A DNA stretch of 64,000 nucleotides from Lineus longissimus (Eukaryota): positions 62,001 through 126,000 of the forward strand of contig NC_088308.1 in assembly GCF_910592395.1 (NCBI RefSeq), written 5' to 3'. The translations under genes and the position numbers were made by a program. Positions within the stretch are counted from its first letter, which is position 1. Each line of letters opens with the position of its first letter. The notes below the pieces were generated by a model. The model did no database searches, was not told where the DNA came from, and worked only from the letters and a program-made list of their open reading frames with translations. Below, piece after piece: positions 13,223 through 27,200 of this stretch.

Positions 13223-14013
13223 GGTTTATGCCTGTTTCGCCTATTCCTGTTTCGCCTATTCCTGTTTCGCCTACAAAATTCCTGTTTCGCCTATTCCTGT
13301 TTCGCCTATTCCTGTTTCGCCTACTTTCCAGTACCCCTACAATAAATCGACTCTCCCACGGCCACGGGGAACCTTAGGGATGCATATCCATTTTATTGGG
13401 AAAATGTGAGGGGACAATTGGATGATGTTAACGATGTGATGACAATTTGACTAATCAAATGACATCAACTTTGTTATGCCATGACCGTTTTGAAAGAGTC
13501 ACCTTGAAAGCGGGGACAGTCCGGGACTTATTTGACCATAGGACCATAGGACCATACTGACACACAGTAAAAACTAATAGATTAAGTAGAGTAAAGCAGT
13601 CGTTTATTTTATGAAAACTGAATTCATGAGTTTTTGATAAAAATACATAATATTGTACATTCTCATAATTATTTGATCAAAATCAGCTGTAAAACCCATG
13701 TCATAATATACATGTAGGTACAGCACATATAAAGTCAAACAAGGTGGAAAATACATATCATGATATTATGTCAGACAAGGTAACTGATGGCATCAACGTA
13801 ACTCATTATGTCCCTCTCTCCATTGACGTATTGTTTCAATGCGTACATATGTGGCTCTCCTCGGGTTTGGTCGGTCAGTAAGGGACGGTTCATATTCCTA
13901 CGTCTGTGGGGAGGTTAGCAATACATTTGAATAGGCGAAACAGGAATTAGGCGAAACAGGAATAGGCGAAACAGGAATAGGCGGAACAGGAATAGGCGAA
14001 ACAGGAATACACC
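13223..14013. mobile_element. Non-autonomous foldback-type TIR transposon with 8-bp TSD
   Basis: Exact direct repeat catttctc at 13215-13222 and 14014-14021; GG...CC termini; arrays of 15-bp cctgtttcgcctatt at left and its reverse complement at right. Confidence 0.85.
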
Positions 14014-15058
14014 CATTTCTCATGGCATTCATAGAAAGAAAAAAATTAGATTATTTTATTAAGCATGTCATTGTAGGTCAATTTTAGCTTTTCGTTTTAT
14101 CACTGACCTGTGAACAACTATTAAATTTCCGAAACTTAAAATAAATATTTTCAGTTTCTAGGTACAGTGACCGCAGTTTTTCCAGCTGTGGCCCTGTACC
14201 CATGGAATAAATTGCCACCAGCCCTCTGGGCAGAAACAAGCATTGAACTGTTCAAGAGACAGTTAAAAACGCTACTTTTCGACAAGGGGAGAAGGGGTGC
14301 TTTGAGCGACGGAAAGGCACGATACAAGTGACTATTTATTATTTATTATATGTTTTTAAGGTTTCGGAAAAACACTACGATTGGGCGTGTTCTCTTTTCA
14401 GTCACGTTTCTGTTGACGAGAGAAGACCTTTTTACCTTATTTTGTTACTTTTTAAGTTTTTATTGCTCTTCATCAGTATCAACAAAGAAAAGCTCATTTA
14501 TGCATCTGATTTCTTTTCGTTGTTCGGTTTTAACTACTTTTTAGATGTAATGTATTCCTTCAGTAACAATTTATGACCATCACACTCTGTCAAGTCTTGT
14601 TCTTACTTTTCAAATGGGCCGTGTGTCATTTAATAGTTCTTTGCTCACTTGTGTTTCTACTTATAAATACCCTGTAATCAGTATTCATGTCTTTAGAGTG
14701 TGATAGATTTATTGACTCGGTCTGTTGTATATAAATGTGGAACTATTCCATTTGGATGAACATCTGCATCTTTCTATTATGAATGATTGAAAAAACAATT
14801 TTTTCCTTCTTCAGAAACAATACCTTCAGATGCGCTTCATCCAGTGGCTCTTAAAAATATTCATCTCACATTTATAGTGTTAATGTTTTCTGATAAGAGG
14901 CACAGATTATTCAGGTCATCAGCAGGTAGATCTAACTTTACCTCAAGCAGTGTCTTTCCTTCCAATACACAATTCTACCTGCTTGTAGACTTTTTATTTG
15001 ATTGTAATGCCATGTGATAGGAAGTACTGGGAACCAGTTTCAGTATGTGACCTATCAC

Positions 15059-15150
15059 ATCAGGTGTTGGAGTTGCCAGGCCTGGTACAATCAGGTGTTG
15101 GAGTTGCCAGGCCTGGTACAATCAGGTGTTGGAGTTGCCAGGCCTAGTAC
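15059..15150. repeat. 31-bp tandem repeat x3
   Basis: caggtgttggagttgccaggcct at 15061, 15092, 15123. Confidence 0.9.
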
Positions 15151-16463
15151 ACTGGCAAATGTGCCCAACATAAATTTGGCGAAAATCCCACACAACATAA
15201 GTTTTATGTTTGCCCAACATTGATTCTGTGTTAGGAGCTCCAACATAAATTCTATGTTTTGCAGGACTTCAAATTCTAGTTAGGAGTAACAACGAATTCA
15301 TGTTGAAATTTTTCTAAAAAATGAAACTTTCCAAAAATTATTTTTATGGAAATTTGAGAAATTTCGAAAATATTACGAGAAAAAAAGAAAATTACCACAA
15401 AAGTTCTTGTTTCTTCATATCTTGGAAATTTGAAAAATTACTTTTTCAAAAAAATTTCCTTCAAAAACTAATTTGAACATAACTTTATGACTTATGATTA
15501 AATGTTGTGTCTATTTGATAATTGGGAAATAGGGGGTTGAAATCTGCAACGCGTTATCTTGTGTTTGAGATAAAAAGTGTTGGTGTCATTTTTGCAAGTA
15601 AGATACATTCCATACTTTTTCCAGAGATCATGCCATACAGAGGTGTCAATTACAGCACAAGTTAAATTCTTTGCTTTTCTTTGTCAACTAAAGTGCAAAT
15701 CATGAAATAGAATTATGAAAATTGTAAATTAGTTGGCTGAGATGTCATGTTTCTATTTGAAATGAACTGACTAGTTGTACAAATTGCTGGTGTATGAAAT
15801 ACTTTTTTACTATCTTTTTAGACATTTTTTTCTATGCGCTGTTGTGATGTATTAATGTAAATGTAATGGTACTCCAGGCGGTGCCTGCTTGCACACTCCA
15901 GGCAATGGCTGCTTGCACGCTCCAGGCAGTGTCTACTTGCATGTTTCAGACAGGTCTGCTTGTATGCTTCTTTGTAAATCCTTTTGCTCAATGTTTAAAT
16001 CATGTGGTGCATGACATCAAAATCAATATTTTTTCTCTCTAATTTTTTTTTTGGGGGTGGGGGGGGGGGGGGGGGGGGGGGTTCAACATGTTAACTGTTA
16101 AATGTAATTGTCTGTTGATTGTTGTATGGACTTTATTTCCTGTTCTCATGGCATTGTTAGGGTCTTTGTTTGTGTTTTGATATGTGAGCAAGAGAGTATT
16201 ATGATTATGGACAAGGTAAAGGAAAATCAAGTGATGACTTCAGTCTCCTTATGGTTTCTGGTCACTATATTATCAAGCTTTGAATAATAGACCCAGCAAT
16301 GGTTAGACACTGATATTCATTAGCCTATTGGAAGGCCTACACAAATGATCTCACAGCAGGTGCACAAACTAGTGCGGCAAAGATATACAATGTTTTCCTG
16401 GCCGATTTGAATTAACCACCCTGAAAAACCTGAGGAAGTTCAATGGACTCTTCTTTCCGGTAA

Positions 16464-16657
16464 TATGTGACCCGCCACAGCGAAACCAGGCGCATGTCGC
16501 ACAGAAGATGAGCCTAAATGACACCAGGAGAAAATGGAAGAAATTGATGTACTCATATTTCACAAAAGGCAGACTACATAGAAATGAACAAACAGTCCAT
16601 CTCAACCTGCCAAGCTCGGAGCGACATGCGCCTGGTTTTGCTCCGACGGGTCACATA
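16464..16657. mobile_element. MITE with ~37-bp imperfect TIRs
   Basis: tatgtgacccgccacagcgaaaccaggcgcatgtcgc pairs with gcgacatgcgcctggttttgctccgacgggtcacata. Confidence 0.75.
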
Positions 16658-18205
16658 ATGATAAGTACCCCAGTGTTATAGTTGTCCATTCAAGTGCTGC
16701 CATCATGTGATAGAAAGCTTGACTATTGTGTTGCTGAGTCATCTGTGTGTTTGATCAATTGATAGCGACCAATATCAATAAAGGACATGTGATTGGTCAC
16801 TATTGACAGTGCAATCCTGACGTAACAGTCTAGTTTCTGAAATTTTATCTTTAACAAGCGGGGATGCATTCATTTCATAGCTGGGGTTTCAAGTCTGAGA
16901 CAATTCATGGGTATCTAGGAGTGGGTGAACAACACCATGTTAATTCAGACGTCACCTCTCATGTGATGTTGGAAACACTACAGATTCCACCCAAAAGTTG
17001 GCCTCTATTGTCACTTTCTAGCTGTTTGATTTCAGCTTCATGTTTTAAGTATTCAAATTTAAAAGGCATTTTGAAACACCAGAGAATGATGCACATTGAC
17101 AAGGCCAACATGAATAAAATGCTGGGCCAATCATAGCTTACTTCAACTACACAGCGGTCATGTCATACAATGTAAAGATGAACGGGTCATTTTGAATTCG
17201 CAGTTTGCCAACCAAGAGAAGCCTATGGCTTTGAGTCTATTGTAACGTTCTTGATGGCTGTTACATGTGCTTAATAGTACTGCAAGGAAAGAGATTTTCC
17301 CATCTTATTAATGGTCACTTCATCCTTTGTACATTCTGCAAGTTGTGTATAATCATTGTGCTTTTTGTAATAAGAAAAACATGCTTAATATAATTTCGTC
17401 ACGAAAAATAAAACATGTTATTTAGTGATTAATATCCTTGTAGTGTTTGTTGAACTGATTTCTTCAGCATTTTGGAGCTGCTAATCCTATTCAGCAACTG
17501 CATTGCCTCTAATTTGCTGTTAAAAGGAATTGACAGCAACCCCATCTCCCTCGTGTCTCATACCACCGATGGATGTCCGCCTACAAGTTTGCCCATGCAG
17601 AAGGCAAGCTCATGCCAGGCTGCTGATGACATGTCACAACCAGACATAAATTCAACCAGTTCTCTCAAATCCGGAGTCAGTATCCTGTTCCCCTTGCACA
17701 CGTTACTGGGCTCGGTCGTTAGTGCCGACCCCCCCTCAACCCAGGCATTTTCATGCTTACCGTACAACGAAAATTTCATGGTATGGCAGGCTAGGATAGG
17801 TCCATCTGGCTTTAAAAGCGTTGCTCCCGTATTACGTCTCGGAAAAAGTTATGAGCATGTAGAAAGTACGGTTTTAAAGGGAAAACGGCTTAAAACTTTA
17901 TCAAAGTTCAATAGTGGATTTGAAAATGAGACATATTTTTCCTAAGGGACTGCTCAGAGTATGTAGGCCCTATCCTTCTTCATAATAACATCAATAAGCA
18001 ATACAGGTGTAAGAACATTGTTAGAGTAGGCCTATGTCCTTTTAGGAAAGGACCTCGTTCTGTAGATTATTTTTAGGCCCTGTATACACATAAGGCATCA
18101 TTTCATTCCCCTGCCTTGAAAGATCATTTGGTGGCCTTTCAAGTCTGTGCTGGCTTTCCTTTGATTGAGTTGGATTGTGTGGATGATAGCAAAGACAGCT
18201 GCAGG

Positions 18206-21200
18206 ATGAAGCAAATGGTGACAGCTCTAAGATATGGTAGGTTTGTTGAGATGTCAGGCTTTTAGTTCAAAACTTAATCATCAAAATTTGATTTAGGATC
18301 TGCGTAGCACGAGATTTTATCCTTGGACCTTAAAGTCTTCATTGTTACAACTTTTGATTTAAAAAATGCTGCTCAGAGAAGGAGGGGATCATGTTTGGCA
18401 TCAAATCATGCAATGTAATGTTGTCAATAGGCATTTTATGGCCATACATGTCATTGAACAAATACTACAAAATGGGTACAAGTGCTACCCGAGAAAGGCC
18501 CTCAACAACAGGTTTTAAGTTAAGACCTGTTGTTTATTTTGTAGCCAGCGATATTGATGAGATAGCTCATTCGCCAAATCATGAAAACTTTAATCTCCCA
18601 GATAAATGTATCTTGCCCATTACCAAACACAAACCAGAATCCACCAGCTGATGTCTCAAAGACATTCATCATGCTCCTACCATTCCTTCTTCCATTTCAC
18701 AGGCCAACCCACCTCTACGAATAGGAAATACATCCCCCTCCCAACACAAGACACCGACTCTGATTCTGACGATATCATCTCAAACTTACATCCAACTAAC
18801 AACCATCAAGAGGCCATACTAATTGAGACAAGCGAACCAGGATCCACCTCCCCCTTTCCGACAGTTGTCCACACGAGAAAGAAGCGCACAGACCCTGTCT
18901 GTTGTGCTGGCTGTATTCTCGTCACCTTGGCAGGTATCCTACTGCTTGCTGTAGGCGCTGTCTTCCTTCTTGCAATACCTGGAGAATGCCCTCTTTGTGG
19001 ATTATTAGTAAAGGGGTCACAAACACTACCAAATGAGATCATAGCCACCGCTACTTCAAACGTTAAGATGATTCCGGCAACTGGTGTAACCTCACTAGGG
19101 ACAGACCACTCTGAGGAACAACCACCTCGTGAAGCTACGACCAATACCATCTTGTCCGACCCTCCTAGTGGTGATGTCACAGAGCCAAGCCACTCAGAAG
19201 CAGAAGGCCAATCACGGACCATATCAATGGACAAATTTTTAGCGGTGGATGCTGTCACTCTCCCCACTGTCTGGACTCAAATGCTGCTGTCACAGAAACA
19301 ACAGGATTATAACCTAATTGAACCAACACCATCAGGTGTTCGTCAACTGCAGCTGTCAAAGAAACAACAGGGTTATAACCTAATTGAACCAACACCATCA
19401 GGTTTCAGTGAACTGCAGAAGTCTGACTTTGAGTTACCGGAAGAAAGCGATTCTTATCAAGTAAAAGAGAATCTAGAAGACTTCTTAGCACAGTTAGCAA
19501 AGGTAACAGCCACAACAGATAAAGAGACAAATGCGAAAGATGAATCTGGCGCATCAGTGCCAAGTGGAGACAGGGAGGGTGGCAAGGGGAGTCAGCGGGA
19601 CAGTGATGGACCAGTGACGTCAAACTATGAGCAGCTGGTGGGACATGAGCATATTGGACAAGCACAACCAGTAGGGCAAGAGGAGTCGCCAGGACAAGAG
19701 AAGGCACTTGAACTAGAGACAGCAGGACAAGCACAACCAGTGGGACAAAAACAGACTGTAGAAAACGATGCAATCATCGATGACCATATTCCAGGTGAAT
19801 GCACAGATCCATGGACCATAGAGATTCCTGATGCGGGTAAGACTTTCAATCATTTTTGGCGCAGCTTTGGTTGGCCTCGTGATATATCGAAATGCAGAAA
19901 TTTTCTGTGTCGTCTCCAATACATGGTAAAATCAATGGTTTTTAGGCTTGTTCAGAAAAGCGTCGTTTTTACTTCTAGATTACAGAACAGGCACAGCCAG
20001 TAGGGCACAGCCAGTAGGGTACAGCCAGTAGGGCACAGCCAGTAGGGTACAGCCAGTAGGGTACAGCCCATAGGGCACAGGCAGTAGGGCAAAGCCAGTA
20101 GGGCAAAGCCAGTAGGGCACAGCCAGTAGGGCACAGCCAGTAGGGCACAGCCAGTAGGGCACAGCCAGTAGGGCACAGCCAGTAGGGCACAGCCAGTAGG
20201 GCACAGCCAGTAGGGCACAGCCAGTAGGGGAAAGCCAGTAGGGCACAGCCAGTAGGGCACAGCCAGTAGGGCACAGCCAGTAGGGCACAGCCAGTAGGGC
20301 ACAGCCAGTAGGGCACAGCCAGTAGGGCACAGCCAGTAGGGCACAGCCAGTAGGGCACAGCCAGTAGGGCACAGCCAGTAGGGCACAGCCAGTAGGGCAC
20401 AGCCAGTAGGGCACAGCCAGTAGGGCACAGCCAGTAGGGCACAGCCAATAGGGCACAGCCAGTAGGGCAAAGCCAGTAGGCCAAGAGAAGACACTTGAAC
20501 ATGATCCCAAAATTTTATCATTATTCCTGCCTTCACATTCTCAGCCAACCAGTCCCTTAGTCCGATGTCGTGACCAAGTGCTATCTATTTCATTCGCAGC
20601 CACAGAATCAAGCCTCCGTCTCATTGATGTTGATGGTGATGGTCTTGATGACATCATCTTTAGCGGCACATATGCGACACATCCTCACCAAGTCATGGAG
20701 AGTGGGGCTGACACGAAGACGTTTTGTGCAACTCTAGGTGAGCAGTTTTAGATGATCTGTGGTACTCTATGTGAGGACGGATAATCTGCTCTTTGAGTAC
20801 AGATAACACCATTGGTACTGAATCCAGATCATGAGATGCAAGCACATATAATAATTGGAAAGTTGTGAGGATCGTCACATAACATGCATCTATGATTTGA
20901 AGTCCGATTTTGGGAGCAACATTCTTCTTGACAGTTGAAAAACTTAAGACTCACAAGGAAACCACTTTTTCACTAAGACCAGGAGACCAGTCGTCAGACA
21001 CAGATAAATATCGTTGTATTTGATATTCAAATATACATAAATAGTTTCTCAAGGGGCATGACCAGGCATAGACACATTTGGTAATAACCAATCTCTGTCT
21101 TCCTCGTACAGGTGTGGAGCCACCCTGCCTTGGAGTCATCATGGCATTCCGAGGTTATGATGGAAAGGAACTGTGGAAGACCTACACGGCTTCCGTCCCC

Positions 21201-24200
21201 TTCATCTTCAACTGTGGGAATATTGATATCAACCAAGATGGCACGATGGACTGCTTTGGAGCTGGGGTCAGCGGATTTGTAGCATTCAATCCAAAAAATG
21301 GTACGTCCATTATATTATGACATGATCGCCCTATCAGGTGAATGCATGAGGCGAATATGCGGTACATGCATTAGGAATGAATTACTTTCTCAGTAAGACA
21401 ATCTCTACTCGATGTGTCATGTCTATACAGGGTGTGATAAGAAGCTACAGGGTTGAACTTAGTCTCGTTTGGATGTACTTTCTCTTGACATAGTGCCGCC
21501 ATCTGAGCTAAGACATTTGAACTAGGCATTTGCCTAAAATTAAGACTATTTTGTCTTTGTCACCAAAACGGCCTCTGGCAATTTGACCATAATGGAACAT
21601 CATACATATTCTTCTACCTATTCATGTTTCTTTCAGGCAGCATTTTCTACTCAGATGAAATCCTGGGAGATGCTAAGAACAAGAAATGGAACACATATCA
21701 GCCCTTGGTGATTCATAAAGACTTTAATGGTGATGGTGTGAGCGAGGTGGTCCTGGCACATGGAGGAGATCACGATATACCCGCAACAGTAAGCTTCCAA
21801 GATGGTTCGACCGAAATGGGCGAAACTGGTTTGACCCCATTCTTTCTAGACCTAAGATACCCTCCCCCGTCCTCCGCATCTAGAAGTTGTCCGTAAACCG
21901 AAATAATCATCTTGCGTACACTCATCCTCATTACTGTGACATTGTCCTCGAACTCATTTCCTCTGAAATATCGACGCCACGCAACATTTTCCTTTCTTTC
22001 GCCAGGAGCAGAACCGGCGTCCAGGGCGTCTTATTCTCATCTCAGGTGCCACTGGGCATATAATTGGCCGGTATCTTGACATTCCCGACAGTAGGGAGAC
22101 CTACATGTCGCCCATCCTCCACGAGACTGGCGATGGAACCCGCTATATCTTGTTTGGGAGTGGCGGGGAAACGATCTCAGGTAACTCTCTTATATTGGTA
22201 GTTCCACTGGGAGAAAGGAAATCCTGCCCCAGCTATCGATCTCTAAAACCATGATCCTTAGGCTTATCTGTCATCAACTTTTCTAAGGACTCATAGATGT
22301 TGTCCCTGCGCGTCCACGTGACTTGGCTTATTTATGAGCATAGTAGGGCAACTCCAGTTCACCAGCCAAATTACATAGAATGAACTTATCAGTTGCAGAT
22401 ACAAAGAAGACGTGGTGTGATACGCTTCCCTTTCACATTTTTTCAGGGGCGTTTCTGGCCACATCAGTTGAAGATCTGTACAGCTTTGCAACAAGGCAGC
22501 GCCTAAGTGGAAAACGATGGGGAAGCTTGACACCAGATGTCAATGGGGTGATAGAAATATTTCAGTAAGTCAGAGCGGGAAGAGCATTGGTTGACTTGCT
22601 GGACTTTTTTTGACTTCTTTTTCTGCTAACCCTTACCCTAACCCGGAAAAAATTTCTTAGTCCAAAATTTTTTTTTAACTTTTTTTTCCCGCTCAAAATG
22701 AACCAACATCACCAATATCATCAGTCCCAAAACTTTTTTGACTTTGAACATTTTTTCAAAATTTTGAACTGACTTGACTTCTGAAAAAAATTAAAGTACA
22801 AAAGTTTTTTTCATTTTTTTTTTTTTTCGCTCAAAATGAACCAACATCACCAATATCATCAGTCCCAAAACTTTTTTGACTTTGAACATTTTTCAAAATT
22901 TTGAACTGACTTGACTTCTGAAAAAAATTCTAAGTACAAAATTTTTTTTCATTTTTTTTTTATTTTGCTCAAAATGAACCAACATCACCAACATCATCTG
23001 TCCCAGAACTTATTTGACTTTTGAACTGACTGACCTCTGAAAAAATTCGAGAAAATTCGAAATTTCAGTCAAAGTCGAGAAAAAATTTTCAATGGTTTTT
23101 TTTCTGCTCAAAATGAACATCATCAGTCCCAAAACTTTTTTGACTTTGAAATATTTTTAGAATTTTGACTTTTTTCTGCTAACCCTTACCCTAACGTTAC
23201 CCTGAAAAAATGTCTAAGTCCAAATTGTTTTTGGGTGATCTGACTTTGTCCTCCAGTTTGAGTTTGACTGAGGACATCTGAGCGATCTGACTTTGTCCTC
23301 CAGTTTGAGTTTGACTGAGGATGTCTGAGACCTTGTCGTCTTTAAGAACAGTATCGAGATACATCCTAATCCTACATGGCAATCTCATTTCCTTCACCAA
23401 CAGCACCAAGCCAGGCAATGAGAGAGGTGTGATGGTTCCTCCAACCTTGGTCGAGATGACCGGCGACTCCGTCAAGGACATATTGATGATGGCTTTTGAT
23501 GGGACTGCCATTCTGTATAATGGGGAGACACTCGATGTGATTTGGCACATTTATATGGAAGGATACCAGTCATACAGGTAGGCATGACTTGATATGATCC
23601 CTACCTGCTTCCACATTTGCAATGAGATGAACAGTTGGTCACTCAAATAAGCCATAGCTGATCATTGTTACTTTGCCAGTACTGTAGGTGCCGACGCTTA
23701 AACAACTAATGACACTCTTTTTCTCTTTTTACTGGTACAATTCGTTTTCATTGCAGCTAGACCATTATCTGCTGTTGATGACATATTCCATGAATAATCT
23801 TCTTATTCTAGTTCCCCATCACCTGTTCACTTTAACGATGATGAAACTCTTGATTTCATGATGCACTGGAGCCCAGGCGAGTGGCCCAAATATCCTTACT
23901 CAACGGTAAGGCTATTACTTTACTCCTTTAAGTGCAAGTATGGTGGTGGTGGTGGAGGGGGGGGGTTAGGACTTGTAATTCCGTCCTTGACCAAGAAGGA
24001 AGAGTTCATCACAAGCAACTCACGCTCTTCTCAGCAGGTTTTCTTTTACTCAGATGAGATCTTTTGCTTGCCTCGGCATGTTGCTTACTCAGATGGGGTC
24101 TTTTGCTTGCCTCGGCATGTGAGGACAGGTACAATGAATCTGTTTTACATTTCATTCAAAGGATGTAGGAGGTCACATATATTCCTCCAGATACCTCTGT

Positions 24201-27200
24201 GATAAGCACTATAACTTCCGATGAAGAAAAACAATTGTGTCCTGATCAGGTGCATTTGATGCTCTTCTTTTAGACTGCAGTCATCAATGGAAACGACGGT
24301 TCCATTCTGTGGCAGAAGACAACAGCCCACTACCTGATGACCTCTGACCTTGTCCTGAAGACAACACAGCCTAATAGAGATGTCATCTTCTTCATCGTCC
24401 AGGGACGAGAGGGAAAGTCCTATGGAAACCCATCAGATGAAGTGAAGGACTTGGATCCAGAGCAAATAGTAAGTGATCGTGTCGCAACATTCTGGTTGTG
24501 ACTTTGTCCTCGAAAGACCGATTCGGTATGAATCAAGTGCACTTTTGCATGTATTCTTAATTCAAAGAAAGCTTTTATCAGAATATTCTCCTTGTTGTAA
24601 TTTCAGATTAAAGGCTCGGAGAGAAAACGCCGAGACATGCTCCACACTGCCAATCTGCCGGGTGACATTGAGCACAGTCATGAGGCAGATCACAAGGAGG
24701 GGGAGGCTCAGCTATATCCTGCCAGCAAATTGGCTCAGATTTTGTCTGGAAATTTGAACCAAGATTTATCTCATGATGACTTGAATGGTGAGTTAAAGGG
24801 AAGTGAGCAGACTAACAACTGGAATGACCAGGGAAGACAGCAGGAGGAAGATCAGAGACAAAATGCAGTGAATGCAATATTGAGCTCTCTTAAGAGCATG
24901 GGAAACTTCAAAGACACACAGAACCTAACTGAAGCAGATGCTAAGCTTGCTCTCAGCAACTTACTTGGTCCAAGACCAAGCAGAGGACCTGATTATGAGG
25001 AAAATGAGAATGAGGAGAAGTCATATGTTAAGGCTTCATTAGAACAGTTATCAGAGAGAATACAAGCTTTAGGACCAGATATGGCTAGTGTACTGCAAAA
25101 GTTAAACTTTGACCTTGGTAAGTTTTCTCAGGATCCGAACGAGACCACCGACCCTGGGACATCTAGAAGTCATACAAATGGTGGACAAGAGGGTCATGGT
25201 CAAGGGCAAGATACAGCAGGACAGAGAAAGGATGGTATCACATCAAATAATGATGAGAGCCCAGTTGAGACAGCCGACCATGGACAACCAGGGGAATTTA
25301 TGAGTAAGTCACACCCAAGTCCTTTGAATCTGAGGTCTTTGCAACATTGGCACTGTTGCCCTGCCCTGCTTGTGACCTCTGAAATGATCTGAAGTCAACA
25401 GCCAGAAATGGTATTGCTAGTAGAGGTATGATACCATGTGCTCACTGAAGGCTCACACATAATCCCTTTGACTGAAACTCTAGAAAGATAGGGTATCTGT
25501 AGAAAGCTTTCAAAAATCATACAATGCTTTATTACTGTATATGTACTTTCAAACGATATGGGAATACTGGGAAAATGGTCTTTCTATTGGAATTGGGAAA
25601 TCTCCCAAAACATACCATTATGAATCTTGTAACAGTGTTTTAGGGTATAACATTTCCCCATTGAGTACAAAATGTAGGCCTATGAAGAGCACTGCGGTTT
25701 TCAAGGCTTTCCGTATATAAGAGGATTAAACTGCTGGGACACGCCAGACCCTCATAAGGAAATCCAATTAGGATGACCCCCAATGGACTGCCCAGGGAGT
25801 CTAACTGCTGGCAGCACACCTCTCTTTAGAACCAAAAACTATCGACTTGATCATGTAGGTTTTTTACCGAAAGACTTTTTTTGTCATTCTTCGGGCAAAT
25901 CTAACTGTCTTGATTCAAGACTTGGTCATCTCTCATTCTACCATTCACTCTTGTACACAACAAAACCTCAATCTTCAACTCAGATCAGCAGTTTGCATAG
26001 AATTACATACCAGTAAAATAGTCTGACAAGTGGTCCCCTGGATCCTGTCACATTTACTACCTCCCAAAGTAAGTGATGCTCAAATCCAAGGGACCACTCA
26101 AGAACGTCATCAGTATTTGTCTGTGCCCCCCTCCCCCCTCCCCCCCCCAAAGGTCTGACATAAAGGTGCAAGTCTAATCTGAATCAGATAGATTGATACT
26201 GAAATGTATCGAGACAAAGTATCCAATGGGGTTACCATTATATCAAGATGTTTTATATGAGCTCTGATTCAGATTAGTTTTCTTCACTGGATGCCGTAAC
26301 CCATGACCTTGATTGCCATTTTACACCAAGTCCCAATCGGTTCTTCCAATGCTGGCACTCCGGGCTGGATCCAGAGGTCTGAGGAAGAGGTCTGCCTCAG
26401 GTGATATAATGTCCAAAACTTCATGTTCACTTTTCCCCCTGGTGCCCTAGTAGTGAAAGACGGTTGATGAGTAAGGTCAGGGTTGCTCAGGCATACCAGT
26501 GGTGCAAGCTGAAATAGAATCCCCACCCCGGGCTTGAGTATCTCGATCCTCAAAGCTGTCCCTCTCCTTAAGGCAAATCTCTTTGAGGCTGTATGCAACA
26601 CTCCAAGAATTGTCCTTTAATACAACTCCCCCTCTCCCCTCCCAGGCACTGATACTGAAACGCTATCCAAAGACTGATTAGTACTGCACACTGAAACAAA
26701 AGATTGTGAGAGGCAAGATTATGAACACAGTAGACTTCACTGGAAGCCAGTGAAACCATTGACACTTTGACCCTTTGAGGACCTATGTTTTTCATTGATT
26801 TTAACTTGCGTTCATTTATTTGGTGCGAATAGGTTTGATTTGTCATAACTGTTCTGGACAATAACTCTGGATTCTAAACCAATAATATTCCTGTGTCCTA
26901 CACAGATGCCATCATTGGTCCTTAAAGAGCTTTAAGGAAGAGACCACTAACCTCCCATCCTGACTGTGACTTCATTGGTGTCGACCCCATACCTGAAAAG
27001 CATTCGAAGCAAAACCCAACTCTGTGATGTCAATTCAACAAACTGACACCTCAGGACTGGATTCTGCTTCTCACATGACACTGGCTAAACCTCAGACATT
27101 GCAAAATCTCTGATCTAGATAGATAATGTAAACAACTCAGAGCTACCATTCCAACCCACCCATACATGAATCTGAGGAAAATCCCTGTTTGACTTGCAAC

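Noticed and set aside
17472..17945. 157-aa ORF
   Set aside because: Non-ATG start, no domain recognised, spans repeat-like sequence.
19952..20548. Three long minus-strand ORFs of repeated CPTGCALLAVPYWL
   Set aside because: Artefact of a stop-free 14-bp minisatellite read in all three frames.
22623..23195. Telomere-like ctaaccc motifs
   Set aside because: Only two or three imperfect units at repeat-element boundaries; not an interstitial telomere array.
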